Assembly (NCBI GenBank): GCA_964019335.1
Contig: OZ025677.1
Span: 186,001-250,000, forward strand
From: Diplonema japonicum
Taxonomy: Eukaryota; Protista; Euglenozoa: Diplonemea
DNA: 64,000 nucleotides
Direction of reading: 5' to 3'
The position numbers and the translations under genes were made by a program. The notes below the pieces were generated by a model that was not told where the DNA came from, made no database searches, and saw only the letters and a list, made by a program, of their open reading frames with translations. Below, one piece after another: positions 1 through 10,643 of the stretch; position 1 is the first letter of the stretch, and the number at the start of each line of letters is the position of its first letter.

Positions 1-75
1 TTGTTTCTGTATCGCGCACGGTTCCGTATACCTATTTTTTTTTTAATTTTTAATTTTTTTTTTCCCCCTCCCCAA

Positions 76-1599
76 TCAAACCTCCCAACATGTAATGACA
101 AACGAATTTGTCCCTTTGCTGTTCCCCTTGTGGTCCATCGTCAATTTGAATTGCGAGTAGAACACACCAGCGGCGGCAGGTATGGTCCAAACACCTGTTT
201 TGTTCTTATAGTTAATAGTGTCGTCTTCCTGGTGGACCATGAGCTCATCCCATGTGGTCCCATCTGCGGAAGCATGCAGCGTCCAGCTTCTTGGGAAGAA
301 GTCAATGGACCCCGCTCTGTGTGAGAAGCTGTACGCCACCGGGGAGACAGAGATGTTTTGGGGGAAGGCGAACTTCACCCAGACGGGTTCGCCATCAGTA
401 TCGCTCTCGCCCTCTTTCTTGATTTTCTCCGAGTAGAATATCTGTTTGTTGGTGAACCGCCTGTCGACAGCCGCTCTGCTCGACCCCACCACCTTCCCGT
501 TCGTGGTGACCTTGAACCCAACATCAAGACAGGAGCCGCCTTGGCTGTTCCTGGCGACATATGCCAATGCGCCGTGGTTGCTTTGAAGAGCTTTGTTTCC
601 GTGGGGTTTGAAGTAGTTCAGCTGGCGTTCTGCGGGGGGTGGTGGGGGGAGGGGTTTCTTCAGCTCGGTTTTCAAAGTATCATCGAAACTCTTGCACTCC
701 CTCGCAGTGCCGTACAGCTCGAAACACGCAACATACAGCTCGTCCGTCCCCGATGTGTTCCCACCCTCGTCCATTTTCAAACGGAAATGCCTGTAGTACT
801 TCGTGCACGGTGGTGTGGAGAACGCAGCCCATGGAACCGCTGCTGTCAGCGTCGCGTCGTCTCGGCGTCTATCAAGTGTTTCCCACACAGTGCCGTCGCT
901 GGACGCTTCTAGGACCCACGATCTCAAGAAAGACTCTTCGCTCCGTGTACCAGTCGCAAGCGAGTACACAGACGGGCAGACTACGACAGATTCGAACTTC
1001 AGTTCGATCCATTGTCCAGCTGTCGTGCCTTGTGTGTTGAAAAAATGGTTCTGTGAGGTGTATGCCTTGTCCGTTACTGTGTACAGAGCAGGGGTTTCTT
1101 CTCCTGAAGTGCGCAGAGAGACTTCGGGGTGGGCGCCCTTTGCTGGGTTTGACCATGAGCTGCGGCCCTTGTGCATGCCCAGCCATGCGATGATGCCCTC
1201 ACCGTCGCCCACGCGTCGGAAAGAAAAAGAATGCGAGACTACCTCGCGTGCCGAAATTCTCGGTGCGATCGCCAGCAACGGGTGCTTCACAGCGACCGGG
1301 GCTTGCTCGTCTTCATCTGTTTCCTCGTCGAACTTCGTGAAGTTCGGCCGCCTCACTGGTTTCTTCCCCTTACCAAGCCGTCGGAGAGGGTGGTTTCTTT
1401 TCATGGCCTGTACTGCGCCGGGGCCGTCGGCAGTCACCTTTTCTGCTGCCTCTTGGCTTAACCCGGCTGCTTGGAGCTTTGCTGCTCCAAGGTGGATGGC
1501 GTCCTTTCCTGTCCTCACACCACTCTCCTTTAGACTCTTCACCGCCTCGTCGGGCACAGCAAGCTTCAGATGGCTGAAGAAGCTTGTTAGTTGTGACAT
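76..1599 (-). CDS. Protein with two discoidin/F5-8C (galactose-binding-like) domains
   Basis: ATG at 1599 follows an A-run. Two copies of the motif W-x-x-x-x-F...V-x-P-x-x-Y-S...RSW-x-L-x-AS-x-DG-x-x-W...F-x-L-x-MD-x-x-GN-x-x-GT are present. Confidence 0.72.
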   Translation of the reverse strand: MSQLTSFFSHLKLAVPDEAVKSLKESGVRTGKDAIHLGAAKLQAAGLSQEAAEKVTADGPGAVQAMKRNHPLRRLGKGKKPVRRPNFTKFDEETDEDEQAPVAVKHPLLAIAPRISAREVVSHSFSFRRVGDGEGIIAWLGMHKGRSSWSNPAKGAHPEVSLRTSGEETPALYTVTDKAYTSQNHFFNTQGTTAGQWIELKFESVVVCPSVYSLATGTRSEESFLRSWVLEASSDGTVWETLDRRRDDATLTAAVPWAAFSTPPCTKYYRHFRLKMDEGGNTSGTDELYVACFELYGTARECKSFDDTLKTELKKPLPPPPPAERQLNYFKPHGNKALQSNHGALAYVARNSQGGSCLDVGFKVTTNGKVVGSSRAAVDRRFTNKQIFYSEKIKKEGESDTDGEPVWVKFAFPQNISVSPVAYSFSHRAGSIDFFPRSWTLHASADGTTWDELMVHQEDDTINYKNKTGVWTIPAAAGVFYSQFKLTMDHKGNSKGTNSFVITCWEV

Positions 1600-2715
1600 T
1601 TTTTTTTCCCTTTTTTTTTTTCCCTTCTTTTTTTTTTCTTCTCCCAAATTCCCACACTCCTTTATTTTTAGTTGTGAAAGCAAACCAAGCGAACCATGCT
1701 AGAAAAGGCATAGGGCGTCAGGCGACCTCTTCTTGTAGTGGTGGGTTGTGCAATTTTCTTTACGCAGTCGAAATGAGAGGGGGAAAAAAAAAATGAAATA
1801 AAAAAATAAAAGGAGCATGGTTCATGGCTCAATGTGTGCCATCCCATGATGAAGAAGGAAGAGAGCGAATGAGAAAAGAAAAAGAAGGAGAAAAAAAAGA
1901 AATGAACAAAACAATTAGCTCGATCTATTCTTTGCGGTGCTGTCACCAGACTGTTGTTGCGTCTGGAGCGCGGTTGGTGTTACCTGTCCTGTCGGGCAAG
2001 GGCCCAGAAAAGCACTTTGTTGCGCTTTCTAGAGGGAAAGAAGAAGGCAACAGGTCAGAAAAGGGAGAAAACGAGGCTCTTGAACCATATCTCTAAACGA
2101 GTTGCGGACACTGTTTTTTTTTTTTTTTTTTTTGAAAAAGTAGCAATTTTCTGTGTCCTCCTAACGGAAGGGTAACCAGACTGATATTGACAGACCCTTT
2201 TTTTCCATTTTTTTTTTTTTCGTTGTTTCTTTTTTTTTTTTTTTCCCTCCTTCGTTTTTTGCAAGAACAACGAGTCTTTGATTTGTCAAAACAAAAAAAG
2301 GGGGGGGGGTGCTGGCAACGGCAGGTATAAACAACTGCCAGTGTTCCTCTTTTCTATCATGACTTCAAAAATAAAAAGAAAATATAAAAAAAAAAGTATT
2401 ACAATAATTAATAAGGAAAAACAAGGGGGGGCTAACGACATCATTTTGGGGTCCATTTTTGAAGAAGAGGGAATGTTCAAGCCAGAAAGAAGGAGAAGAA
2501 AAGAAAAGAAAAAAAATAGGTATACAAAGTACAGGGGACACACACACATTCAAGCCTTTTTAGATCACAAGGGTCCTACCGTGGTAGGCTTGGGCCTTGT
2601 ACAAAAATCTCGCTAGTGATGAGAGATGACTGGGCTAACGGTTCGTCTCTGAAAAAAAACCAAAATAAGAGAAAGGGAAAAGGAAAATCTTAGCGGGTTA
2701 CATTCAGTTCTTTCA

Positions 2716-2747
<32 letters not shown>

Positions 2748-3206
2748 TCAAGCCGATCGGCAACATGTGTTCTGCAAGTACTTTCTTTCCCTCAGTGAAA
2801 GTGTCATGCTTGTAAAGGCAAAAAGGGGGAAAAGTTTTTCTCCCTTTCGTTTGCTTAGAGCACCCGATTTCTTTTTTTTTTCTTTCATGGTGAGATGTTT
2901 TTTTTTTCTTCTTCTTTTTTTTTTGTTTTTAAGTCACACATACTGAAACAAAACAAACAAACAAAAGGGGGGGGGGGGGTATATATAGGGGGGATAAAAA
3001 AAGATAAAATAAAAAATAAAAAAATAAATACAACAACAAAAAAAGCTTTTTTTTTCCCTTCTTGCGATTCTTTTTTCCTTTTTTTTTTTTTAAATTCCCC
3101 TATTTTTTTCTTTCACACTCTAAAAGAATGAAAAAAATGATCCCGGATGCGGGGGGGGGGGGGGGGGGGGGGGTTCGATTTTGTGCGAATCTATTTAATT
3201 TCATTC

Positions 3207-3246
<40 letters not shown>

Positions 3247-3378
3247 CCTTCTTCTTTCTCCTGGACAACACAGTTAAGCGGTTAGAAGAAGAAAAAGTCG
3301 ATGTCACAATGCAAACTCCGCGCGAGAGTCGCAGGCCCCTAGAAGGGGAGGGAGTATGGTCAGTAGAAAGCACAGGCC

Positions 3379-4437
3379 TCACAACCCCTCCACATGCTGT
3401 ATACCCTGCGCTTCCCACCTTTGAACAAACCGTGTCCAGTAATCAAGATTCTCATCATGCCTACGAGCTGGCAAAGCAGCTGCGGGTGTTGCTGGTGTTG
3501 GTTCAGAATAGCTCTCCGGCACCATCGGTGAGGCACGCATAGCAGTAGGACGGTACCCTTCAGAGAGCCAGAAACTATTTGGAGGATACTCTGCAGTTTG
3601 TCTTGAGGCTCTTCGCGGGCTGTGCAGGCCTGACAGTGTTCGTTTTCTGTACGACGACGATGAAGATACTGTGGAAGGGAAAAAAGTGACCTGTTTCTCT
3701 TCAGAAATCTGAAGTTTATCGGGCTTACCAGGCATGGGCTCAAGATCGCCGAGCAGCCCAATCTCCTCTTGTCTAGCGGCATCACGGAGAATCCCCGCCT
3801 CCTTTCGAGAGAGTTCCTGCTCCCGCTTTGCCATATTCTTTTCTAAATCGTTTAACCTCTTCTCGTTTTCCAGTGATTCGGGAGATGCTTTGGGCTCAAC
3901 CTGTGGAGGCTTAGGGGGTGGGGCCACAATGGGGAGCCCTGTTTTTTTCGCTTTATTGTAAACTTTGTATGGCGCTTCAAAACCAGGATTTTTCTTAAGG
4001 CTCGCGGTTTTTGTCAGGTCAACCTCCGTGGTTTCAATGGTGATGGGGAGCAGCTTTCCGGCAGGGAGGTATGGTTGTGAGTACTTTGAGAGGATTTCCA
4101 AGATTTTCTGTTGTTCGTTAGGTCCAGCGGGTGTTTGGTTCAAGGGGTCGTGGGTGAACCGGAGCAGCACGTCGTGCTCGTTCTTCACTTTGAACCTTAT
4201 CTGGACTACGCCCTCCCACATGGCCATCACGACCTTTTCTATTTTTTCAAACGGGAGGTACCTCTTCACACCGCCCCCCACCTCGCAAACAAACACACAC
4301 GCTACTGTAATGGACAGCACCCGACGCTGGGTTTTTTTTGCATGGTCGACCTTGTCGCACACCCTGATGTACCTCAATGTGGGGTTTCGAAACTTTGACA
4401 GTTCCCTCGGCGGCTCAACAGCCTCCCCCACGCTCAT
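3379..4437 (-). CDS. Protein with N-terminal myosin-TH1/PH-like domain, coiled coil and low-complexity tail
   Basis: ATG at 4437 (MSVGEAVEPP). CDKVDHAKKTQRRVLSIT...CVFVC resembles the TH1 'K+NR..K.Q.R.L++T' motif. A paralog lies at 10644-11234. Confidence 0.7.
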   Translation of the reverse strand: MSVGEAVEPPRELSKFRNPTLRYIRVCDKVDHAKKTQRRVLSITVACVFVCEVGGGVKRYLPFEKIEKVVMAMWEGVVQIRFKVKNEHDVLLRFTHDPLNQTPAGPNEQQKILEILSKYSQPYLPAGKLLPITIETTEVDLTKTASLKKNPGFEAPYKVYNKAKKTGLPIVAPPPKPPQVEPKASPESLENEKRLNDLEKNMAKREQELSRKEAGILRDAARQEEIGLLGDLEPMPGKPDKLQISEEKQVTFFPSTVSSSSSYRKRTLSGLHSPRRASRQTAEYPPNSFWLSEGYRPTAMRASPMVPESYSEPTPATPAAALPARRHDENLDYWTRFVQRWEAQGIQHVEGL

Positions 4438-4801
4438 GGTTTCCTTTTTTTTTTTTTTTTTTTTTAAGTCAGGAGCGGGAAAAAAAAAAGAAATGGGGGG
4501 GGGGGGAGAACATATGATCCATTTGTTTTTATATTTTGTCCGTGAATCCACATTTTTTTTCCCTCTGAAAATAATCCGGAAGCATTCCTCGCTCTGAAAA
4601 AAAAAGAGAAAAAAAAAAAGAAAGAAGAAAAGAGGACCCAAAGGTGGCAGCATTTTAACCAAAGGTACCCAAGAAAGGTGTAATTTAAGGTAATTGACTG
4701 TTTGGACAACTTTCTTTTTTTTTTTTTTTTTTTTTTTTTTAGAAGAATTCTTTTTGCTGCACGTGATCTCAGGAACAAGTATAGAATACTTGATTATAAA
4801 G

Positions 4802-4840
<39 letters not shown>

Positions 4841-4843
<3 letters not shown>

Positions 4844-5094
4844 ACATTTAAGGGTACCTGCGGTATGTGGCAGGACGCCTGAAGAGTCTCAATCTATCTC
4901 TTGATCGAACCTTTCTGCTGTGGTGTGGCCTTCGGCCCCTCGTTCACCCTCCTCGGTACCTTAGGTATAAAACCCTCAACCGGGTTGGTAAGGACACAAT
5001 AGTTGTACAGTTGTTTCTCAAGGATGTGGCGGGTCACCGGGGAGGCGAATACCGGTCTAGAGGAGTGGCCCCTTACGGAGCTGTTGTAGTAACC
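4841..5094 (-). mobile_element. 5'-truncated non-LTR retrotransposon fragment (same family as 12081-14580)
   Basis: Minus strand translates to ...GHSSRPVFASPVTRHILEKQL...EGPKATPQQKGSIKR*, matching the RT ORF C-terminus GYSTRPVFASPKATHPILEEQL...DGPKALPRQKGSNTR*. The 3' UTR is also similar. Confidence 0.85.
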
Positions 5095-5161
5095 AAAAAA
5101 AAGAAGAGAAGAAAAAGACTAGTTTGGCGCTTCGTTTGGATGCCAAACAGAATTTTACCTA

Positions 5162-5237
5162 CCCTTCAGGCGGATATCCAAAGGTTCACTGTTTTCCAGA
5201 TACAGACTGAAGATCAGACTCTTTGCGTTCTGAAGGG
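5162..5237. mobile_element. 76-bp mini TIR element (CCCTTCAG...CTGAAGGG) with CTA duplication
   Basis: 8-bp perfect TIR flanked by CTA on both sides. The uninterrupted target is present in the homologous repeat at about 55410-55431 (reverse complement CAGAATTTTACCTAATAAAAT). Confidence 0.65.
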
Positions 5238-5611
5238 CTAATAAAATAGCTCATTGCGCTCAACTAGTTTTTTTTTGTTTACGTTCTATTTTGTGCGCAC
5301 GGGCGTTTTTTTTTTTTTTTTTTTTTTTTTTTTCGTACCAGGTTAGACCTGATAAGAATTGCTCATTGTGCCAACAACTAGTTTTTAGTTTGTCTCGATA
5401 TAATAGAATTATTGAAGAGGGGGGAGAGAGAAAAAAAGAAGAAGAAAAAAGAAAAAGGAGGGGAGAAGCAGAGAACTAAACCCCTATAATATAAATCGAA
5501 GGGTGTATTTTTTCCCACGGGTTTGCGGGGGGGTCTCTCTTTTCTTTCTCTCTCTTCGATCTGCCATTGTTGGCTAGGCGGAAGAAAAAAAAGGGAGCAA
5601 ATAAAAAACTC

Positions 5612-6175
5612 AAATTAACATGCAAACTCCCAGAGCGAAAGCCGCATGCCCTAAAAAGGGAGGGGGTATGGTCAGTACTAGGTATCTCTCAGTTTCGATC
5701 TAATCTTGCGACTCCTCCAAGTGCTGATCTCTTCAGGCAAGAAGCACCCTTCATTGGCTCCCACTAGCGTCCCAGCAGGTTTGGAGAGTACTTTTCCCGA
5801 CCACGGTCTCCGCATTCGCTCTGTGGACAAGGCTATGGAGAGCCAGGTCCTTAGTGGCTCCTGCGCGGGTGGGGGGGACGGAAATTATCTTAGCAGGCTA
5901 AGTGGCATTGTGGGCTGAGGCATCGTATCCCTTATTTCTTTACACGACCAATGTCCATGAGGGATACTCATAGCACGGCCAGATGCGGTATGCATGCGCC
6001 CTGCGGACCGGTTGGGGCCGGGGGGCCGCAGGACAAGGATCGCAACCCCGACAATAGCGCAGCTAGCCCACGCAGATAATAGAAACCCAAATTAACATGC
6101 AAACTCCCAGAGCGAAAGCCGCATGCCCTAAAAAGGGGGGGGGTATGGTCAGTACTAGGTATCTCTCAGTTTCGA
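5612..6175 (+). repeat. Dispersed repeat with ~87-bp near-identical direct copies (5612-5698, 6089-6175)
   Basis: AAATTAACATGCAAACTCCCAGAGCGAAAGCC...CAGTTTCGA occurs twice. Diverged relatives lie at about 3308-3366 and 19965-20140. Confidence 0.75.
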
Positions 6176-6192
6176 AAAAAAAAATATATATA

Positions 6193-7518
6193 CCGGATTT
6201 GTATTTATATTGTTCAGTTTTAATAATGGTCTGGGGATTTAGTGTGCTGTATAAATTATGTACCTTTTTCGGATTTTGGACCCAACTTGGGACTTTTTAC
6301 AGAACAATACAAAAAACTATTTTTATTATTTTTGGCCTGACCCCCCCCAGGACAGGCCCCACTAAAATCAAAGCCACGTTTGTGGTGTACAAGATCTACT
6401 TTTGGTTTCCATTTTCAAAACAAGGTACGCGGACGCCCTGAAGGCCCAGATAAAGAAAGAGCAGAAAAGACACAGAAGAGAAGCCCTTCTTACTGCTGTT
6501 GGTCCGGCTTCTGTTCCTGTTGCTTGCCGCGCCTGGTGCTTCTGTTGTTGCCGGTCCCGTTGCTTCTGTTGCCGGTCCCGTTGCTTCTGTTGCCGGTCCC
6601 GTGGCCTCCCCTGCTGCCCCGACACCTTAACAGATTGCAAAATCAGCAATGCTAGAGGTTGACAAAAGGACAAAGATTATGCGTCCTTTTGTTCTTGCCT
6701 GGGGTGTCGAGGCTTACCGCAAGCTAATAGAAACCACAATCCGGGCAGGGTACGCTTACCTTTTTAACGATCTACCACCCGGGTCTGCATCCGTGCCCCG
6801 GCCCACCGAGGACGTTCCTGCGCCCTCGCCTGGCCCTCCGCCCCCGCCTTCCGAGGTCGGGCTGGTTCGAGAAGCTGGGTGCAGATGCAGGAGTTGACCC
6901 GATGGAGATTGATCCATTGGAGCCTGTCAGTCGACCCGGAACCAGCACCCGAAGACCCGGACATTGAGATCACAGATGTTCAGCAGGCTGGGCATCGACA
7001 TAGAGGCCATTTCTGATGCGCCTTCTTCTGACGAAGAAGCAGAAGAAGAAGAAATGCTTGACCAAGAAGCCTCAGCCCCAAGCCAAGCAGCGGCACCAAG
7101 CCAAGTGACCCCAAGTCAGCGAACGAACAACGTGACGAGGGTGCCCTGCCCCAACTGCAGCGCAACCCTCAAGCAGGTTAGAAAGGAGAGACCAGGGTGG
7201 GAGTGCACGGAATGCTCTGGTGAGCATGACATGAGAACCCGCGGGAGGGTCTGCCCGTCCTGCGACTATGTGGTGTGCTTTACGTGCAGGACTGGGCAAT
7301 AGTGAACTAGAATTGCGGTAATACCACCCCCTCCCCGGCTGGGGGGTATTTTGTTTTTGTCTTGAGATTTTTTATTTTTTAGGGATATTTTCTGGGATTT
7401 CTTTTATTTTTGTAATTTTTATGTTCAGTTTAAATGGTGTTCTGTAAATATTATGTACCTTTTCGAATTTCTTGCCCAATTTGGGACTTTTCACATAACA
7501 ATATAAGTACAAATCCGG
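6193..7518 (+). mobile_element. TA-flanked TIR DNA transposon (non-autonomous/decayed) with Cys-rich C-terminal ORF remnant
   Basis: TA|CCGGATTTGTATTTATATTGTT ... AACAATATAAGTACAAATCCGG|TA. Subterminal ~90-bp direct repeats (6210-6310 / 7421-7503). Frameshifted ORF pieces end in CPNC...CTEC...H...CPSCDYVVCFTC. Confidence 0.75.
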
Positions 7519-8090
7519 TATAACTCCAGTCAGATTTTCAACTGTGGTGGTGAATATAATATTTCACGCTTCACTTTATTTTCACGGTAGATTTCAGGCT
7601 TGTTTTAGGAAGAAAACAGGGGCAGAAATGAAAATTACTTTATGAGTGAATATAAAGTACTTTATATTCACGCTAGCCCTATTTTCACGGGGTTCGGGGG
7701 CGCAAACACGGAAAGAAAATCACCCAAGTGGTTACCACACAGGTCCCAGGTGCTAGTGGGGCAACCTCAGCAATCCAGGCAGCAGTCCCACAGGTCCAGA
7801 CCGAGGTCCTGTCAGCACCCATGGACGCACAGCCCGCACCACACAGGATAGCCTTGACAATCAATATCAACGTCAACCATAAGCACCCCCGATAAAATTT
7901 GTAACTTGTAACTTGTAATACCCCACCCTTTCAAATATGACTGACGTTAAATAAAACAACGGATTTAGTGAAAATAGATCCGATTTTCACTTGTGGTGGC
8001 ATGTTTAACTTGTTGATGTTACTTCGTTCGTGAAGTCTCGTTAACGCGTGAAAATCATACGATCTTATTTTCACTAAATAAATAGTTATT
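7519..8090 (+). mobile_element. Non-autonomous YR/Crypton-like hairpin element (E1)
   Basis: Reverse-complement homolog of 11302-12070. IRs at 7521-7548 and 7922-7949, partly deleted hairpin, terminal TAAATAGTTATT. Retains a YR-like C-terminal tail (LTININVNHK, compare DVNININIRT). Confidence 0.8.
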
Positions 8091-8969
8091 CTTCCAAAAA
8101 GAAGTTACCTCTGTCAGGCAATTCATTTAAAAAAAAGAAGAAGAAATGATAATAATAACTATAATAGGTGAGCTATTCTTTGTTTGTGCGCAATGGTCAC
8201 AAACCTTCCTAATTTAAGAGATCTTTGAAACACGTATCGCTGCCAGCCTTCCTTTTGACAACTACAATAACAAGTGTTTGTGCTCATCAAAAAAAAGAAA
8301 AAAGTTAGCAAAACAAAAATTCAATCCGGTAAGGTGTTTTTTTTTTTTTCTTTTTTTTCTCTCTCTCTTTTTTTTTTTAAATCTTTTTTTTAACCACTAA
8401 ACCCACATGTGATATATGAACAACCACCTGGAGCGCCGCAAAATCGGCAAAATAGTCACAGAAGCCGAAATACGAGCGTCTGAAACTCACCACCCGTCCC
8501 AACTGCTGGGTACTTGCGAAGAGCGTCAACTCCTCCATCAAGTTCAACGGGCTGAAAGAATGCATCGCACCTGCACTACCGAGACTCGAAAGATGTAGGT
8601 TTGGCCGCACCAAACAGCATTTATTCCTGCGAAAATTAAGCAAAATAGGTGCGGCATGGGTCTCAGAAAGTCCTCTGGCTATGAATGTTCCACCTAATGC
8701 CTTTTGAATTTTTTTTTTTAGGAGTTGCTTTCAAAAAATGGACTTTTTTTTCGTTTTTTAGCCTGTGGGCTTAGTGGTTAAGAAAAAAAAAAAGGGAATT
8801 AAAAAAAGGAGGGGGGGGGGGGGGGGGGGGGCAAGAGTGCTCAAACCACTCCTCTTGATTGCTAGATCTATTATTAGATTTTTCTTTTTTTTTTTTTGTA
8901 TTTTCTCCGACGAGCGATCAGGACGTACATTTACACGGAAGATAGCAACAAACAAAAGAATTGTATTCG

Positions 8970-9009
<40 letters not shown>

Positions 9010-9236
9010 GTTTCCCTCTGTGGGAGTGCGTCGTCACTGCGTCCTTTTTTATACATAAACATTATTTTCTTTTTTTTTTTTTTTTATTTCTAAAATAAAT
9101 TTTCTCTATAAAAAAAAAAAAAAAAAAAAAAAAAAATGTATATTGTTCGTATCCCCACCCTCCCCCCTCTCTCTCTCTTAAAGCGCCAAACAGTAAAGGG
9201 TACTTTTTTTTTTTTGTCTCTCACTTTTTTTTTTTT

Positions 9237-10612
9237 TATTTCACAGTTTATTTCCCTCGGCCTAAATTCTCAAAGAGCGGGGAACGTAAAGTAGGGTTTT
9301 TCCCCCCCGGGCAAATAAACTTTTAAGCCAAATTTAACAGGGCGGGGAAATAAACTAACATAATTCTTCCAGCTCTTTTTTTTTTATCAAAGATGCCAAA
9401 AAGCAAGAAGGTCAAGCGCATGGAAGAGATCTATGAATCAAACACATATAAGAACCCTTCCTATGAAAAAGCGTTGACTGCGATGCTCGAGTCAGAGAAC
9501 ATAGCAGGGAAGCCGCGTGAGCAAGATATCGTGAGCTACTTCCAAAGCAGGAGGGAAGCCGGGCTCAAGGCATCGAGCCTCTGGTGTCTTTACTCCAAAT
9601 TGAACGCAACCTTCAAAGCCAAGTACAACTGCAAACTACAAGCTTGGCCTCGTTTGACGTCTTTGTTAAAGTCCTGGGACCGTAACGAAGAGCGTCACGT
9701 GGCTGCCACTTTATCAAGTGACGAGGTTCAAGATTATATAGAACAAAAAAAAGGGACCGCTACCGCCGCTATCGTTGCTTGCATGTTTAGCGGGGGCATG
9801 AGAGCTTGCGAAGTGGTGTCGATGGAAATCAGCGACATTGTTAAGAATCAAGTTGATGGGAGTTTTATCTGCACTGTAGCGCGTTCAAAGACGGGTGGGC
9901 ACACAAAATTCCACATGTCTGGCATTCATGCATCAGCAATGGACCAGTACTTGTTGCTACGACCTAAGAAAGAGACCAAGCGTCTGTTCCTTTCGGAGAG
10001 AGGAACGCCCATTGGCACAAACAAGGTATACAAACTGGGGTGTGGCATCCGTCATCGGAAAGCCCGCCAATGAGTTACGTCACACGCTTTTCGACGTTCT
10101 GCGGCCACAGCTGCTGCTGAAAACGGTGCATCTATCTCCATGATGCAATCACATTTTGGATGGAGAAACACAAGCATGCCAGCAATGTACGTGGAACAGA
10201 GCACAAGCCGTGCGCAACACATGGCAGGACTTTTGAGTCAAATACAGACCAGCCCAGGACCAGGAAGCCCAAGCCAGTCACAGGACGTCAACATCAATAT
10301 CAACATCCGCACACGCCAGGAGTAGATAGTACCCACTCCACCCCTTTTTTCTTTTCTTTTGCCATTTTTATTTTTTCATTCTACAAACAAGCGTGATAGT
10401 CCAGCGTATTCCGGAGTCCACGTCCCGCTCTTTGAGAATTTAGGCCTCGGGAAAATAAACTGTAAATAAAACGTCGTATTCCGGGGTAAAGTAGGGTTTA
10501 CCTTTTCCCTCGACAGATTGTCCTGGCCCCTCGGAACCAATTTTTCCTCGGGAGCCACAATCTGTCTCGTGGAAATAAACCCTACTTTATTGCCCCGGAA
10601 TAAATAGTTATT
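9237..10612 (+). mobile_element. Tyrosine-recombinase (Crypton-like) element E0: IR - YR gene - IR - terminal hairpin
   Basis: ~50-bp IRs at 9237-9287 and 10421-10467 (CAGTTTATTTCCCTCGGCCTAAATTCTCAAAGAGCGGG vs CCCGCTCTTTGAGAATTTAGGCCTCGGGAAAATAAACTG). Hairpin at 10477-10602. Terminus TAAATAGTTATT. Confidence 0.85.
9393..10325 (+). pseudogene. Tyrosine recombinase (phage-integrase fold), interrupted by TGA at 10071-10073
   Basis: All catalytic motifs are present: GGMRACE (R), RSKTG (K), SHAFRRS (HxxR), HFGW, AMYVE (Y). ORFs 9393-10073 and 10140-10325 are in the same frame. Confidence 0.88.
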
Positions 10613-10643
10613 TTTTTTTTTTTTTTTCCCCATACATTTCCCC

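Noticed and set aside
1700-3300. Numerous poly-Lys/Phe/Gly/Pro ORFs here and throughout intergenic DNA
   Set aside because: They are translations of homopolymer tracts with no coding signal.
5612-6175. LTR/TRIM element or ribozyme
   Set aside because: No TG...CA ends, PBS, PPT or hammerhead core was seen. Better explained as tandem copies of a dispersed repeat.
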